Source of the DNA: Cyanobacteriota bacterium
GTDB lineage: Bacteria > Cyanobacteriota > Cyanobacteriia > Thermostichales > Thermostichaceae
Assembly (NCBI GenBank): GCA_033764955.1
Contig: JANRIL010000046.1
Coordinates: 1 to 64,000, forward strand
Direction of reading: 5' to 3'
Length of the DNA: 64,000 nucleotides
Shown: one piece after another, positions 20,659 to 29,947 of the stretch
How the letters are laid out: every line of letters begins with the position of its first letter
Position numbering within the stretch: the first letter of the stretch is position 1
Notes under the pieces: model-generated
What the model was told of the DNA's origin: nothing
The model's input: only the letters and a program-made list of their open reading frames with translations
The model's database searches: none
Position numbers and translations under genes: made by a program

Positions 20659-22163
20659 CCGGCCACCCCTGCCATCCAGCGACCCAACTGCTGTCGACTG
20701 GCCTGGGGCGTCGCTTGAATGCCGACAATGTGCCCTTTGGAGATCACGGCCACGCGGTGGGCATAGCGCATCAAATCATCCAGCTCCTCCGAAATCCAGA
20801 GGACGGCGGATCCCTGCTGGGCGTGGCGAAAGAGATGCTCATACACCGCCTGGGTCGCTGCCGCATCCAACCCCATGGTGGGGTAACAGGCCACAATCAA
20901 GAGGGGATCCCCAGACAACTCGCGGGCGATGATCAGCTTTTGCAGGTTGCCCCCCGAGAGCTGGCTGGCCACCTTGTGGGGATGGGGCGGACGCACATCA
21001 AAATCATGCAAGAGCACAGTCGCACGGTTGATCTGCCGTCGCCACCGGGGCCAAAAGGGCAAGGTTCGCACCTGATGTAGGGCCAGATTCGTTGCCAAGT
21101 CCAGATCCGGAGCCACCCCATGCTGCAACGGGTTTTCGGGAATGTAGGCCACCTGCGACCGCACCAGGGATCCCGGATGTAAGGGTTGACCCTGCACGAG
21201 AATCTCTCCGGCATGGAGAGACCGGATCCCGGCTAGGGCTTCGGCCAAAAGCGGTTGTCCATTGCCTGCGACCCCCGCCAAGCCTAAAATTTCCCCTGGC
21301 TGAATCTCCAGGTTAATGTCGCTGAGGCTCATTCCCGTGGCGGGATCCTGTAGATAAAGGCCGCGCACCTGGAGCAACGGGGATCCCGTGTCAAGGGGGC
21401 TAGTCCTGGGGAGTGCCGCCGTGACTTCATGACCCATCATCATCTCAATCAAGTCCGCTTTGAGCATTGGGGAAAGGGAGCCCCGATCAGGATTGGACAG
21501 ATCCCGTTGGTGGACGACTTTGCCCGCCCGCATCACCACCACCCGATCCGCACAGGCGGCCACATCCTCCAGTTTGTGGGTGATCAGCACTACGGCCCGT
21601 CCCTGTTGAGCCAGTTGCCGGATCAAGCCCCAGAGGCGTTCCGCTTCGGTGGGGGTGAGGACAGACGTCGGCTCATCCAGGATGATGCAACGAGCCTCCA
21701 GGTTGAGCACTTTGATCAGCTCCAGCAGTTGCTGCTGCCCCACGGCCAACTGATCCACCCGTAACCCCGGATCCAAATCGGGAGCCAGATCGCGCAACCG
21801 GGCCAGCACCTTGGCCTGGAGATGGTGGTTGCCCCAGTGCCACCACGGGCTCTTGGGGTAGGCCAGCAGCAGATTCTCCAGCACCGTCAAGGCTGGGATC
21901 AGATTGAACTGTTGAAACACCATGCCGATGCCGTGGGCGATGGCGGCACGGGGGGAGTGCATCACCATCGGCTGACCATCGATCTCAATCTGCCCTTGGT
22001 CGAGGGTATAGAACCCGTAGAGGATCTTCATCAGGGTGCTTTTGCCCGCGCCGTTTTCCCCCAGCAGGGCCAAGACCTGGCCAGGGCGAATCTCCAAATC
22101 CACCCCATCGTTGGCCAGGGTGGAGCCGAAGCGTTTGTGGATCCCGGTGAGGTGAATGTGCAT
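20655..22163 (-). CDS. CUT2-family double-domain ABC ATPase
   Basis: LLGENGAGKST, DEPT, LSGGNLQK. Confidence 0.92.
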   Translation of the reverse strand: MHIHLTGIHKRFGSTLANDGVDLEIRPGQVLALLGENGAGKSTLMKILYGFYTLDQGQIEIDGQPMVMHSPRAAIAHGIGMVFQQFNLIPALTVLENLLLAYPKSPWWHWGNHHLQAKVLARLRDLAPDLDPGLRVDQLAVGQQQLLELIKVLNLEARCIILDEPTSVLTPTEAERLWGLIRQLAQQGRAVVLITHKLEDVAACADRVVVMRAGKVVHQRDLSNPDRGSLSPMLKADLIEMMMGHEVTAALPRTSPLDTGSPLLQVRGLYLQDPATGMSLSDINLEIQPGEILGLAGVAGNGQPLLAEALAGIRSLHAGEILVQGQPLHPGSLVRSQVAYIPENPLQHGVAPDLDLATNLALHQVRTLPFWPRWRRQINRATVLLHDFDVRPPHPHKVASQLSGGNLQKLIIARELSGDPLLIVACYPTMGLDAAATQAVYEHLFRHAQQGSAVLWISEELDDLMRYAHRVAVISKGHIVGIQATPQASRQQLGRWMAGVAG

Positions 22164-22170
22164 GGTCTCA

Positions 22171-22563
22171 CTAACGGTGAGCGACTAGATCCACTTCTAC
22201 CCGTGGCCCACGCACCAAGCTGGTGACGCCAACACAGGTGCGGGCGGGCAGTTTGCCCTCAGGGAAATAGCTTTTGTAGACCTGATTAAAGGCATAAAAA
22301 TCCTCTTCCAGGTGGGTGAGATACACCCCCACTCGCAGGACGTTGTCAAAACCCAGCCCCAATTGGGAGAGAACCGTTTTCAGGTGTTGAAAGACCAAAT
22401 GGGTTTGGGCCTCGATGCCCTCAGGAATGGGAGCGGCGGGATCCCTGGGATCGAGGGGGGTTTGGCCGGTGAGGAACACCCAACCATCGATCTCGGCGGC
22501 ATGACAAAAGGGGCCGGTGGGTTGGGGTGCCCCATCCACCATATAAAAGGTCGGTAGGGTCAT
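22171..22563 (-). CDS. RidA/YjgF family protein
   Basis: FLTGQ, FNQVY, PARTCVGV, VEVDL. Confidence 0.9.
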   Translation of the reverse strand: MTLPTFYMVDGAPQPTGPFCHAAEIDGWVFLTGQTPLDPRDPAAPIPEGIEAQTHLVFQHLKTVLSQLGLGFDNVLRVGVYLTHLEEDFYAFNQVYKSYFPEGKLPARTCVGVTSLVRGPRVEVDLVAHR

Positions 22564-22596
22564 AGGGTTTGGTTGAATGGGTGCAGAACGAGGTGC

Positions 22597-23382
22597 TTAG
22601 AGTTGGCTGAGTCCATCCAGGAGCGACTGGGATTGGGTGAGGAAGCCAAACAGCAGTTTGACGTTGTAGTAGGTGGCCTCCAGGCAAAAGGCGGGGGAGG
22701 TGGTGGCCGTACAGTCCTGGAGCAAGATGGTGTCGTAGCCCAAAAAGTGGGCATCCTGCAGGGTGGTGAGCACACACTGGTCGGCATTGACGCCACCGAT
22801 AAAGAGGGTGGTCACCCCCAGATTGCGCAAAATGCTGTCCAGGTCGGTATCCCAAAAGCCGCTGAAGCGGTGCTTGGTAACGTGAATGTCCTGGTCGTTG
22901 GGGTGCAGCTCGTCCACAATGGCCGCGCCCCAGCCGCCTTTTTCCAGGACTTTCGCCCCGGTGGTGGGGGTGGGTTCCCCCAGACCAACTCGGATCCCGT
23001 CGGGGCTGTGGGCATGGAGTAGCGTTGGGCTGATGTTGAGCAGGTCGGGACGCACGCCCCAATTCACCCAAATCACCGGGATCCCGTGCTGGCGAAAGGC
23101 GGGCACGAGCTGGCGGAGAGGCTCAATCGGGGCCCGATCCGGCGTGTAGTCGACGCCCACTACATCCAACCAGCCACCGGGACTGCAAAAATCATTCTGC
23201 ATATCCACGATCAGCAGGGCCGACTTGGTGGCATCCACCACAATCCGCTGCGGATCCGCCGCCACACTCATCCGGCGCAGCGGACGGGACGGGCGGGACA
23301 TATCCACTTCTTCTGGGGTGACCCGCCAGGGGTTGGCCGGGGATCCCATCTGGCAGACGCCTTCTTGGCGAACGTACATCAC
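22597..23382 (-). CDS. Cysteine hydrolase (isochorismatase family, RutB/BiuH-like amidohydrolase)
   Basis: Catalytic triad motifs VDMQNDF, KHRFSGF, NADQCV. Confidence 0.88.
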   Translation of the reverse strand: MMYVRQEGVCQMGSPANPWRVTPEEVDMSRPSRPLRRMSVAADPQRIVVDATKSALLIVDMQNDFCSPGGWLDVVGVDYTPDRAPIEPLRQLVPAFRQHGIPVIWVNWGVRPDLLNISPTLLHAHSPDGIRVGLGEPTPTTGAKVLEKGGWGAAIVDELHPNDQDIHVTKHRFSGFWDTDLDSILRNLGVTTLFIGGVNADQCVLTTLQDAHFLGYDTILLQDCTATTSPAFCLEATYYNVKLLFGFLTQSQSLLDGLSQL

Positions 23383-23420
23383 GAACCTCTCCTAAACAAC
23401 CACCACCGAGGGATCCCGAC

Positions 23421-24533
23421 TTAACTGGCGGAGCCGATCACACCCTTGACCAAAAAGTTCATCGACTCCAGGGTTTCCATGGGCAATTTCACGCCACTGG
23501 CCACCACCTCGCTGCCGTCTTGTTTGAGGATGGGGCCAGACCAGACGACCTTTGCCCCGGAGAGGATCTGCTCTTTGACGGCCATCACTTTGGCTTGCAC
23601 ATCACTGGGAACGGCAGGCCCAAAGGGATCCAGCACCACGTCGCCACCCTTGAGGGTACCCCGGACAAACTCTGGTTTCCAGGTATCCCCCTGGATCTGC
23701 TTGACCAGATCCACCATCATCGGCCCCCAGTTCCAGGAGGCACCCGTGAGCCATGCCTTGGGCGCAAACTCGGTCACGTTCACATCCTTACCCACCACGT
23801 AGGCTCCCCGTCGTTCGGCGGTTTGGGCAAAGGTCAGGGGTGAATCGACTTGGCCCGCCAGGACATCGGCCCCCCCATCCAACAGGGCATTGGCCACTTC
23901 CGCTTCTTTGGGGGGATCCAACCAGGCTCCCGTCCAGACCACGGTGGTGGTGGCCTCAGGATTGATGCTTTGGGCACCCATGGTGAAGGCGTTGATGGTG
24001 CGCAGCACTTGGGGAATTTGGAAGGCTCCCAAAAAGCCCAATTTACCCGTTTTACTCAGGGATCCCGCCACCATCCCTGCCAAATAGATGGCATCGTCGC
24101 TATCGGCCCAGTAGGTGCCCACATTGGCTCCCAACTTCAGACCCCCGGCATGGAGGAAACTCACTTCGGGATATTTCTGCCCCACGGTGATGGCGTGATC
24201 CAAATAGCCATAGCTAGTGGCAAAAATGATGCCGTGATCATCGCGGATGAGGCGTTCCATCACCCGTTCCACCTCGGCACTTTCGGGAATGTTGTCAAAA
24301 TAGGTGGTTTCCACGCCCAGGGTCTTTTCCACGTATTGCCGACCCAAATCCATGGAGTAGTTGTAGCCATAGTCGCTCTGGGGGCCAACGTAGATGTAGC
24401 CAATCTTTTTGGTATTCACCTGAGCCTGAGCCCTCTGCCATGAACTGGCCGAGAGCATGGCCCCACCCGCCATCAACCCCGCTTGCAAAATCTGGCGACG
24501 GCTGAACCCTGCTGCCAATAAACGTCTGGACAT
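23421..24533 (-). CDS. BMP-family ABC substrate-binding protein, Tat signal
   Basis: SRRQIL; YVGPQSDYGYN, FATSYGY, NAFTMGA. Confidence 0.9.
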   Translation of the reverse strand: MSRRLLAAGFSRRQILQAGLMAGGAMLSASSWQRAQAQVNTKKIGYIYVGPQSDYGYNYSMDLGRQYVEKTLGVETTYFDNIPESAEVERVMERLIRDDHGIIFATSYGYLDHAITVGQKYPEVSFLHAGGLKLGANVGTYWADSDDAIYLAGMVAGSLSKTGKLGFLGAFQIPQVLRTINAFTMGAQSINPEATTTVVWTGAWLDPPKEAEVANALLDGGADVLAGQVDSPLTFAQTAERRGAYVVGKDVNVTEFAPKAWLTGASWNWGPMMVDLVKQIQGDTWKPEFVRGTLKGGDVVLDPFGPAVPSDVQAKVMAVKEQILSGAKVVWSGPILKQDGSEVVASGVKLPMETLESMNFLVKGVIGSAS

Positions 24534-24606
24534 GACATGTTCCTCAATACGGGACAATCAACGCAACATTCTGGACTAAAGACCGGAGCGAGCCAGCATG
24601 AGGTCA

Positions 24607-25605
24607 TCAGCCCGTGCTGCCAAAGACCCCTTTCAACCCCTGGGGCATCCCCCCCCGTTGGGCCGTGGCCGAACTGACAACCAACACCGCCAGCGACAAG
24701 AGGTAGGGCAGTGTGGCCAAGAGATAGGACGACACCTCCACCCCCATCGATTGCAGCCGCAGGTACAACGCCTCGGATCCACCAAACAGTAGGGCTGCCG
24801 GACAGGCCCAAAAGGGATTCCAGCGGGCCACGATCACCAAGCCCACCGCCACCAGACCTCGTCCAGCGGTCATGTTTTCCGCCCAGGTGAGGGTATAGTC
24901 CACCGACAGCGCTGCCCCACCCAGGCCTGAGAGCAAACCCCCGATGCCGATACCCTGCATCTGCACCCACCAGGGTCGGATCCCCATGCTGCGGGAAGCC
25001 GGAATCGATTCCCCTACCGCCCGCCAGATCAATCCCGTGTGGGTGCCATAGACCAAGACCCCGATGACGGGCACCAGCAGCAGCGACAGCAGGATAGTCG
25101 GGGTCAACTCCCCCACCACCGCGCCCAATCCACTGATCTTTTGCCCCACGTAGGCTCGCCCCCAGTAGGCACTGAGGCCGGATCCCAGCACCCACACCGC
25201 GACACCGCTGGCGATGGCATTGGTGCGTAAACCCACGCAGAGCAGCATGTGCAAGCTCGACAGGGCCAGCCCGGCCAGGGATCCCGCCAGCAAGCCCAGC
25301 CAGGGGTTTTGGCTGATCACCGTGACGGCAAAACCAACGCAGGCCCCCAGCAGCATTTGCCCTTCCACCCCCAAATTGATCACCCCCGTCAGTTGGGTCA
25401 GGGTTTCCCCCACCACCACAAACAGAATGGGAGAGGCACTACGCAGCGTGGCCCACAACCAACCGGAGGTCATCTCTGGGGGAGCACTGACCAGTAGGGC
25501 GACCGCTACCACCAGAACGACCCCCAGGGAGCGCCACCGCCTCCGAAACGGCATTAACGATGGGATCACGAAGGCCGCTCCTACGCCCAGGGAATGTCCC
25601 AGCAT
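24607..25605 (-). CDS. Nucleoside/purine-type ABC permease
   Basis: GVINLGVEGQM, RAVGE, TAGRG, TLPYL; ATG at 25605 avoids overlap with gntR. Confidence 0.85.
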   Translation of the reverse strand: MLGHSLGVGAAFVIPSLMPFRRRWRSLGVVLVVAVALLVSAPPEMTSGWLWATLRSASPILFVVVGETLTQLTGVINLGVEGQMLLGACVGFAVTVISQNPWLGLLAGSLAGLALSSLHMLLCVGLRTNAIASGVAVWVLGSGLSAYWGRAYVGQKISGLGAVVGELTPTILLSLLLVPVIGVLVYGTHTGLIWRAVGESIPASRSMGIRPWWVQMQGIGIGGLLSGLGGAALSVDYTLTWAENMTAGRGLVAVGLVIVARWNPFWACPAALLFGGSEALYLRLQSMGVEVSSYLLATLPYLLSLAVLVVSSATAQRGGMPQGLKGVFGSTG

Positions 25606-25652
25606 CTTAGGGATCCCGCCGGAAAACATCCGTAGCTGGCGATACACAATAT

Positions 25653-25664
25653 AGGATATATCCT
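25653..25664. promoter_or_regulatory. Candidate GntR operator
   Basis: Perfect palindrome AGGATATATCCT between the divergent permease and gntR. Confidence 0.55.
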
Positions 25665-25728
25665 GTAGGCGATTTGCATTTCCCCATCCACAGCGGATGA
25701 TGGAAGCATCGCTTCGCCGTATCCTCCC

Positions 25729-26403
25729 ATGACTGCTGTCAAACCTGTGCTTGCTTCCTTGGCCGGGATCCCGCGCACCACCCAAGCCACCGTCACCGAG
25801 CAGTTGCGGCGAGCTATTTTATCGGGGGCATTGCCAGGGGGATCCCGACTGACCCAGGCGGAACTGGCCAACGCCTTTCAGGTCAGCATTACCCCAGTGC
25901 GCGAGGCCCTACGCGAACTGAGCACCCAAGGGTTGATCGAGCTGGATGCCTTTCGCTGTGCGGTTGTCCATACACCGACATTGAAAGAACTGGAAGAAAT
26001 TTATGAACTGCGGCAGGTGTTGATTCCCTACACCGTGGAGCATGGGATCGCCAAAATCTCACCGGAGGAACTCCGGCAAGCCGAGACGCTGCTGACCACC
26101 ATGGAGCGGGAAACGGATCAATCGCTGTGGGTGGATCTGAATCGCCAATTTCACAATCTCCTGGAGCAGGCCGTGGACAACTCCCATGTGCAAGCCACCC
26201 TGCGCCGCCTCTCCGATTTTTCGGCAATTTACGTCAATTTGTCCTTTGCCAAGCAACCCCTGCAAAAGGAAGACTCGGAGCGGGAACACCGTCAAATCCT
26301 GCAAGCCTATCAGGATCGGGATCCCGTGTTGGCCACCCAATTAACCTTGGCTCACGTCAGCGCTACATTGGTGGCCGCGAGACAGGTATTTAGGCAGGAG
26401 TAA
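25729..26403 (+). CDS. GntR/FCD family transcriptional regulator
   Basis: LRRAILSGALPGGSRL, VSITPVREAL, NRQFH, EHRQI. Confidence 0.93.
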   Translation: MTAVKPVLASLAGIPRTTQATVTEQLRRAILSGALPGGSRLTQAELANAFQVSITPVREALRELSTQGLIELDAFRCAVVHTPTLKELEEIYELRQVLIPYTVEHGIAKISPEELRQAETLLTTMERETDQSLWVDLNRQFHNLLEQAVDNSHVQATLRRLSDFSAIYVNLSFAKQPLQKEDSEREHRQILQAYQDRDPVLATQLTLAHVSATLVAARQVFRQE

Positions 26404-26476
26404 GGTGTCTCGTCAATTCAATGCCCTCATGGCCAGCAGTGATAGCTCACCCTTTTAAGCAGATTGTTAGGCTTGC

Positions 26477-27586
26477 ATGGAGAAATTTGGTGCTATGGAA
26501 ATAGAAGGTTTAAAAGCGCTGAACGTTTTCGTTGATTCATCAATATTTATCGGCAAAAACTACAGATATGAGCACCCTTCGTTTGTTGCTCTCAAGGATG
26601 CTGTATCGGCAGGGCGAGCCAATTTGCTGATTACGGATATAACCATAGAGGAAGTGAAGGCGCATATAGATAACGATGTTAGCGAGTCTTCGCAAGCTCT
26701 TAAGAAAGTTCATGGTGGGGTAAAGATTCTTAGAAACATTGCTAAGCTAAGTGATTCAGCCATATTCAATGATATTGATCGCGCATCCGTCGGTGAGGAG
26801 CTTTATAAGCAGTTTGAACAGTTTTTGACAGATGCCAGGACAGTCATCGTTTCAGTATCGGAGGCCAACACGCGGTCTGTCTTTGATTGCTACTTCAAGC
26901 GTGCTGCGCCATTTGGCGAAGGAAAAAAGAAGAGCGATTTTCCTGATGCATTTGCATTATCGGCATTGAACGAATGGGCGGAATCAGAGCAGGAGGATGT
27001 ATTCGTTGTAAGCCAAGATTCAGACATGAATGGAATCGAAGTCGATTTTCCGTGTTTGTCAGCACTTAGCTCACTGGAAGAGTTTCTGGGCAAAGTTACT
27101 TCATACTTTGAGGAACTCGCTCCGCTAGCTCAGCAGTTGTTGGAAGACAATTTTGGCCAAATTGCGGATATTCTTGAAGAAAGATTTCAGTGGCTTGGCT
27201 TCGTATTGGCGGATCAAGATGGTGATGTGAATGAAACTAGAGTCACTGAGGTCGGAGAGATTTCTGCCTACCTGATTTCGCTAACCCCCGGCTCAAATGG
27301 CGAGCCAGCAGAAGCGCGATTTGAGTTGACTACAACCATCGCATATGAAGCGGACGTGTCATATGACAACCTAGAAACGGCGAGTTATGATAGCGAGGAT
27401 AAGGTGTTTATCCCTTGGGAGACTGTCGAGCAAACAGTTGAAAGCTCTGAAATAGTTCAGGCTAACCTAAGATTTACGTTTAATATGACCGAACCTCGCA
27501 ATCAAGAAATTAAAGAACTGGATTTGCACACGCCAACGGACGTTTCGGTTTCTACGGAAGAAAACGATGGCTGGCCTTACAAGTAA
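26477..27586 (+). CDS. Cassette 1: PIN-like domain protein (DUF4935-type) with acidic C-terminal domain
   Basis: VFVDSSIF, ITIEEV, APF..GKKKSDFPDAF, VVSQDSD acidic PIN motifs. Confidence 0.75.
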   Translation: MEKFGAMEIEGLKALNVFVDSSIFIGKNYRYEHPSFVALKDAVSAGRANLLITDITIEEVKAHIDNDVSESSQALKKVHGGVKILRNIAKLSDSAIFNDIDRASVGEELYKQFEQFLTDARTVIVSVSEANTRSVFDCYFKRAAPFGEGKKKSDFPDAFALSALNEWAESEQEDVFVVSQDSDMNGIEVDFPCLSALSSLEEFLGKVTSYFEELAPLAQQLLEDNFGQIADILEERFQWLGFVLADQDGDVNETRVTEVGEISAYLISLTPGSNGEPAEARFELTTTIAYEADVSYDNLETASYDSEDKVFIPWETVEQTVESSEIVQANLRFTFNMTEPRNQEIKELDLHTPTDVSVSTEENDGWPYK

Positions 27587-27589
27587 TTG

Positions 27590-27661
27590 GCTTAACACGG
27601 CACTGCACCTGACCGCTTTTCCACTACGCTCCAAAGCGGCAGGTGAGTTTAGTCGTTGGGC
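27590..27661 (+). other. attC site 1 (72 bp)
   Basis: GCTTAAC-N5-ACT[G]CAC-CTG[A]CCGCTTT-loop-AAAGCGGCAG-GTGAGT-N6-GTTGGGC: canonical boxes with two unpaired bases. Confidence 0.93.
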
Positions 27662-27682
27662 TGCTTCGGGAATTGAAGAGTT

Positions 27683-29059
27683 ATGAGCTTAAAGAAAATA
27701 GAGCTAAAGGGGTTGCGAGGATTCGCAACAGTCCAATATCTAGAATTTGCTATTCCTAATGGGGATCCCGGAAGTGGAATTACTACCTTAGTAGGACCTA
27801 ATAATGGAGGGAAATCCACTGTAATTGAAGCAATCCGTGCATTATCGCTAAGGGACCCACCTAGCTTTACTGTAGGCAAACGAAACCAGAAAGCGGGAGA
27901 TCGAGTTAAAATAACCGTCTTCAATGAGTTAGCGCAAACCAAAGAACTGTGCACTATTGATGCGGGTGGTAGCGAAACTCACTGGGTTGTTAACAATGAT
28001 CCCCTTCCCCCTGGAAGTGTATTCGTTTTGCCATCAAGACGCTACTTTAATCCCCTCTTTGGTAAAGCTTCCTCCGAACGGCAGTCCTACATTATTTCGT
28101 ACGGTCTACCACAAACACGAGGCTCTGTAATTGACCACTTCGCTTCTAGGTTGTTTCAAGTTCAAAAGAATCGAACTGCGTTCGATTCTGTCTTAGGTAA
28201 AGTGTTAAGCCCCGTACCTAATTGGACAATTGACCAATCAGATGGAGGTCAGTATTTTCTCAAGTTCGATTTTGGGGGTTTCTATCATAACAGTGACGGA
28301 CTTGGAGAAGGTCTTGTTAGCTTATTCTTTATAATTGACGCTTTATATGATTCCAAGCCCAATGACATAATCGTCATTGATGAGCCTGAGCTTTCTTTAC
28401 ATCCGTCTTTTCAAAGGAAACTCGCCTCCTTGCTTGTTGATTATGCTTCAAACAGGCAGATTATTATTGCTACTCATTCACCCTATTTTGTTGATTTTCA
28501 TGCAATAACTAATGGGGCAAAAATTGCCCGTATATATTCCGATGATTTCAATTCCACTATAAGAATGCTCAGTGAAGATTCTGTTAGTAGGATCAAAGGC
28601 TTTCTAAATAACTCATTTAATCCACACGTTCTTGGGCTTGATGCCCGCGAAGTGTTCTTTCTTGAAGAAAGAATAATTCTTGTGGAAGGTCAAGAAGATG
28701 TGGTTTTCTACAAGGATATTTCTTCTCAGTTGGATAAACAGCTTAATGGTAATTTCTTTGGCTGGGGTGTTGGAGGAGCGCATAACATGGAAATAATAGC
28801 TGCCTTATTACAAGATTTAGGGTTTAAGAAGGTCGTCGGGATTCTAGATGAAGATAAAAAAGAGTTGATACCAGAATTAAAAGGGAAGTTCCCTGATTAC
28901 AATTTCTTCAACATTCCTGCAAAAGATGTTCGTACTAAGCCTGCAATTGCTGCGAAAGACTCTGTCATAGGTTTGATTGATAAGTCGGGGGTGCTTAAAC
29001 TTGAGTATAAAGATGAGGTTAATGGACTGTTCGATCAAATTAACGCTAAACTTGCATAA
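27683..29059 (+). CDS. Cassette 2: OLD-family ATP-dependent nuclease (ABC/AAA ATPase plus TOPRIM)
   Basis: GPNNGGKST, LGEG, IDEPELSLHP, ATHSPY, LVEGQED, ILDED. Confidence 0.88.
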   Translation: MSLKKIELKGLRGFATVQYLEFAIPNGDPGSGITTLVGPNNGGKSTVIEAIRALSLRDPPSFTVGKRNQKAGDRVKITVFNELAQTKELCTIDAGGSETHWVVNNDPLPPGSVFVLPSRRYFNPLFGKASSERQSYIISYGLPQTRGSVIDHFASRLFQVQKNRTAFDSVLGKVLSPVPNWTIDQSDGGQYFLKFDFGGFYHNSDGLGEGLVSLFFIIDALYDSKPNDIIVIDEPELSLHPSFQRKLASLLVDYASNRQIIIATHSPYFVDFHAITNGAKIARIYSDDFNSTIRMLSEDSVSRIKGFLNNSFNPHVLGLDAREVFFLEERIILVEGQEDVVFYKDISSQLDKQLNGNFFGWGVGGAHNMEIIAALLQDLGFKKVVGILDEDKKELIPELKGKFPDYNFFNIPAKDVRTKPAIAAKDSVIGLIDKSGVLKLEYKDEVNGLFDQINAKLA

Positions 29060-29064
29060 GCACA

Positions 29065-29151
29065 GCCCAACAACCCTGGTGACGCGGACTCGCAAGATTG
29101 ATCTACTATAGCGGCACGTGGCTTTGGAGCTGCTGACCAAGACCGTTAGCC
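29065..29151 (+). other. attC site 2 (87 bp)
   Basis: GCCCAAC...GCGG[A]CTC pairing with GAGCTGC...TGACCA-N5-GTTAGCC; L box slightly degenerate. Confidence 0.8.
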
Positions 29152-29163
29152 CAGAAGAGACGC

Positions 29164-29943
29164 ATGATTGAATCGTTGCCGACTTCGTGGCGGGACTTGC
29201 AAGAGCGAGTTGCCCGAATTCTCAACGAGTGTGGCATCGATACTTCCGTCGAGAAGCAAGTCACCCTGGCGCGAGGTAGAGCCAAAATAGATGTCTGGGC
29301 TTATGATGCTTCATCTGTGCCTCCGCAGACCTACATAATCGAGTGCAAGCGATGGTTCGAACCCGTGCCTCAAACGGTTGTCCACGCATTTCGCAGCGTT
29401 GTCGGAGACTGCGGCGCTAATTGGGGTGCTATCGTGTCGTGCAACGGTTTCCAAAGCGGTGCTTACGAGGCGGCCCAATACTCCAACGTACGGCTTCTCA
29501 CTTGGTATGACTTTCTTGCTCTGTTTGAAACGGCGTGGTTCGATCGCTATTTCTGCCGCATCGTTGCCGAAGCGTCAGAGCCCCTCATCGAGTACACCGA
29601 GACGATCAATTCTCGCATCTTCCGAAAGGCGGATCTTCTCTCAAAAGGGCAACACGAGGAGTTCAAACGTCTTCGCTCTGTCCACTTTTCTCTCGCTGCC
29701 ATCTGCATGATGATGCGGGTGCAGGCAAATGGGGCTCTGCGTCTCGTTCGTGGCGACCATGATTCCATCATGCTCGATATCCCCTTGCGCCAAGGTATGC
29801 GAGGGGCAGCCTCGGAACTACTTGGTACGTTACCCAATTCAATCCTCGATGCCGACTCGTACCGAATTCTGCTGTCTGCGATAATCGAAGAGGTAGAGAA
29901 TGCCATCGCGTCGTTTGATCATCTGTTCGGCGAAAGGGCGTAA
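29164..29943 (+). CDS. Cassette 3: Mrr-type (PD-(D/E)xK) restriction endonuclease
   Basis: LQERVARIL, KIDVWA, IIECKRW, IVSCNGFQSGA. Confidence 0.85.
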   Translation: MIESLPTSWRDLQERVARILNECGIDTSVEKQVTLARGRAKIDVWAYDASSVPPQTYIIECKRWFEPVPQTVVHAFRSVVGDCGANWGAIVSCNGFQSGAYEAAQYSNVRLLTWYDFLALFETAWFDRYFCRIVAEASEPLIEYTETINSRIFRKADLLSKGQHEEFKRLRSVHFSLAAICMMMRVQANGALRLVRGDHDSIMLDIPLRQGMRGAASELLGTLPNSILDADSYRILLSAIIEEVENAIASFDHLFGERA

Positions 29944-29947
29944 AAGG

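Noticed and set aside
27683..29059. Gabija system
   Set aside because: The OLD/GajA-like protein has no adjacent UvrD-type GajB helicase; it sits alone in its cassette.
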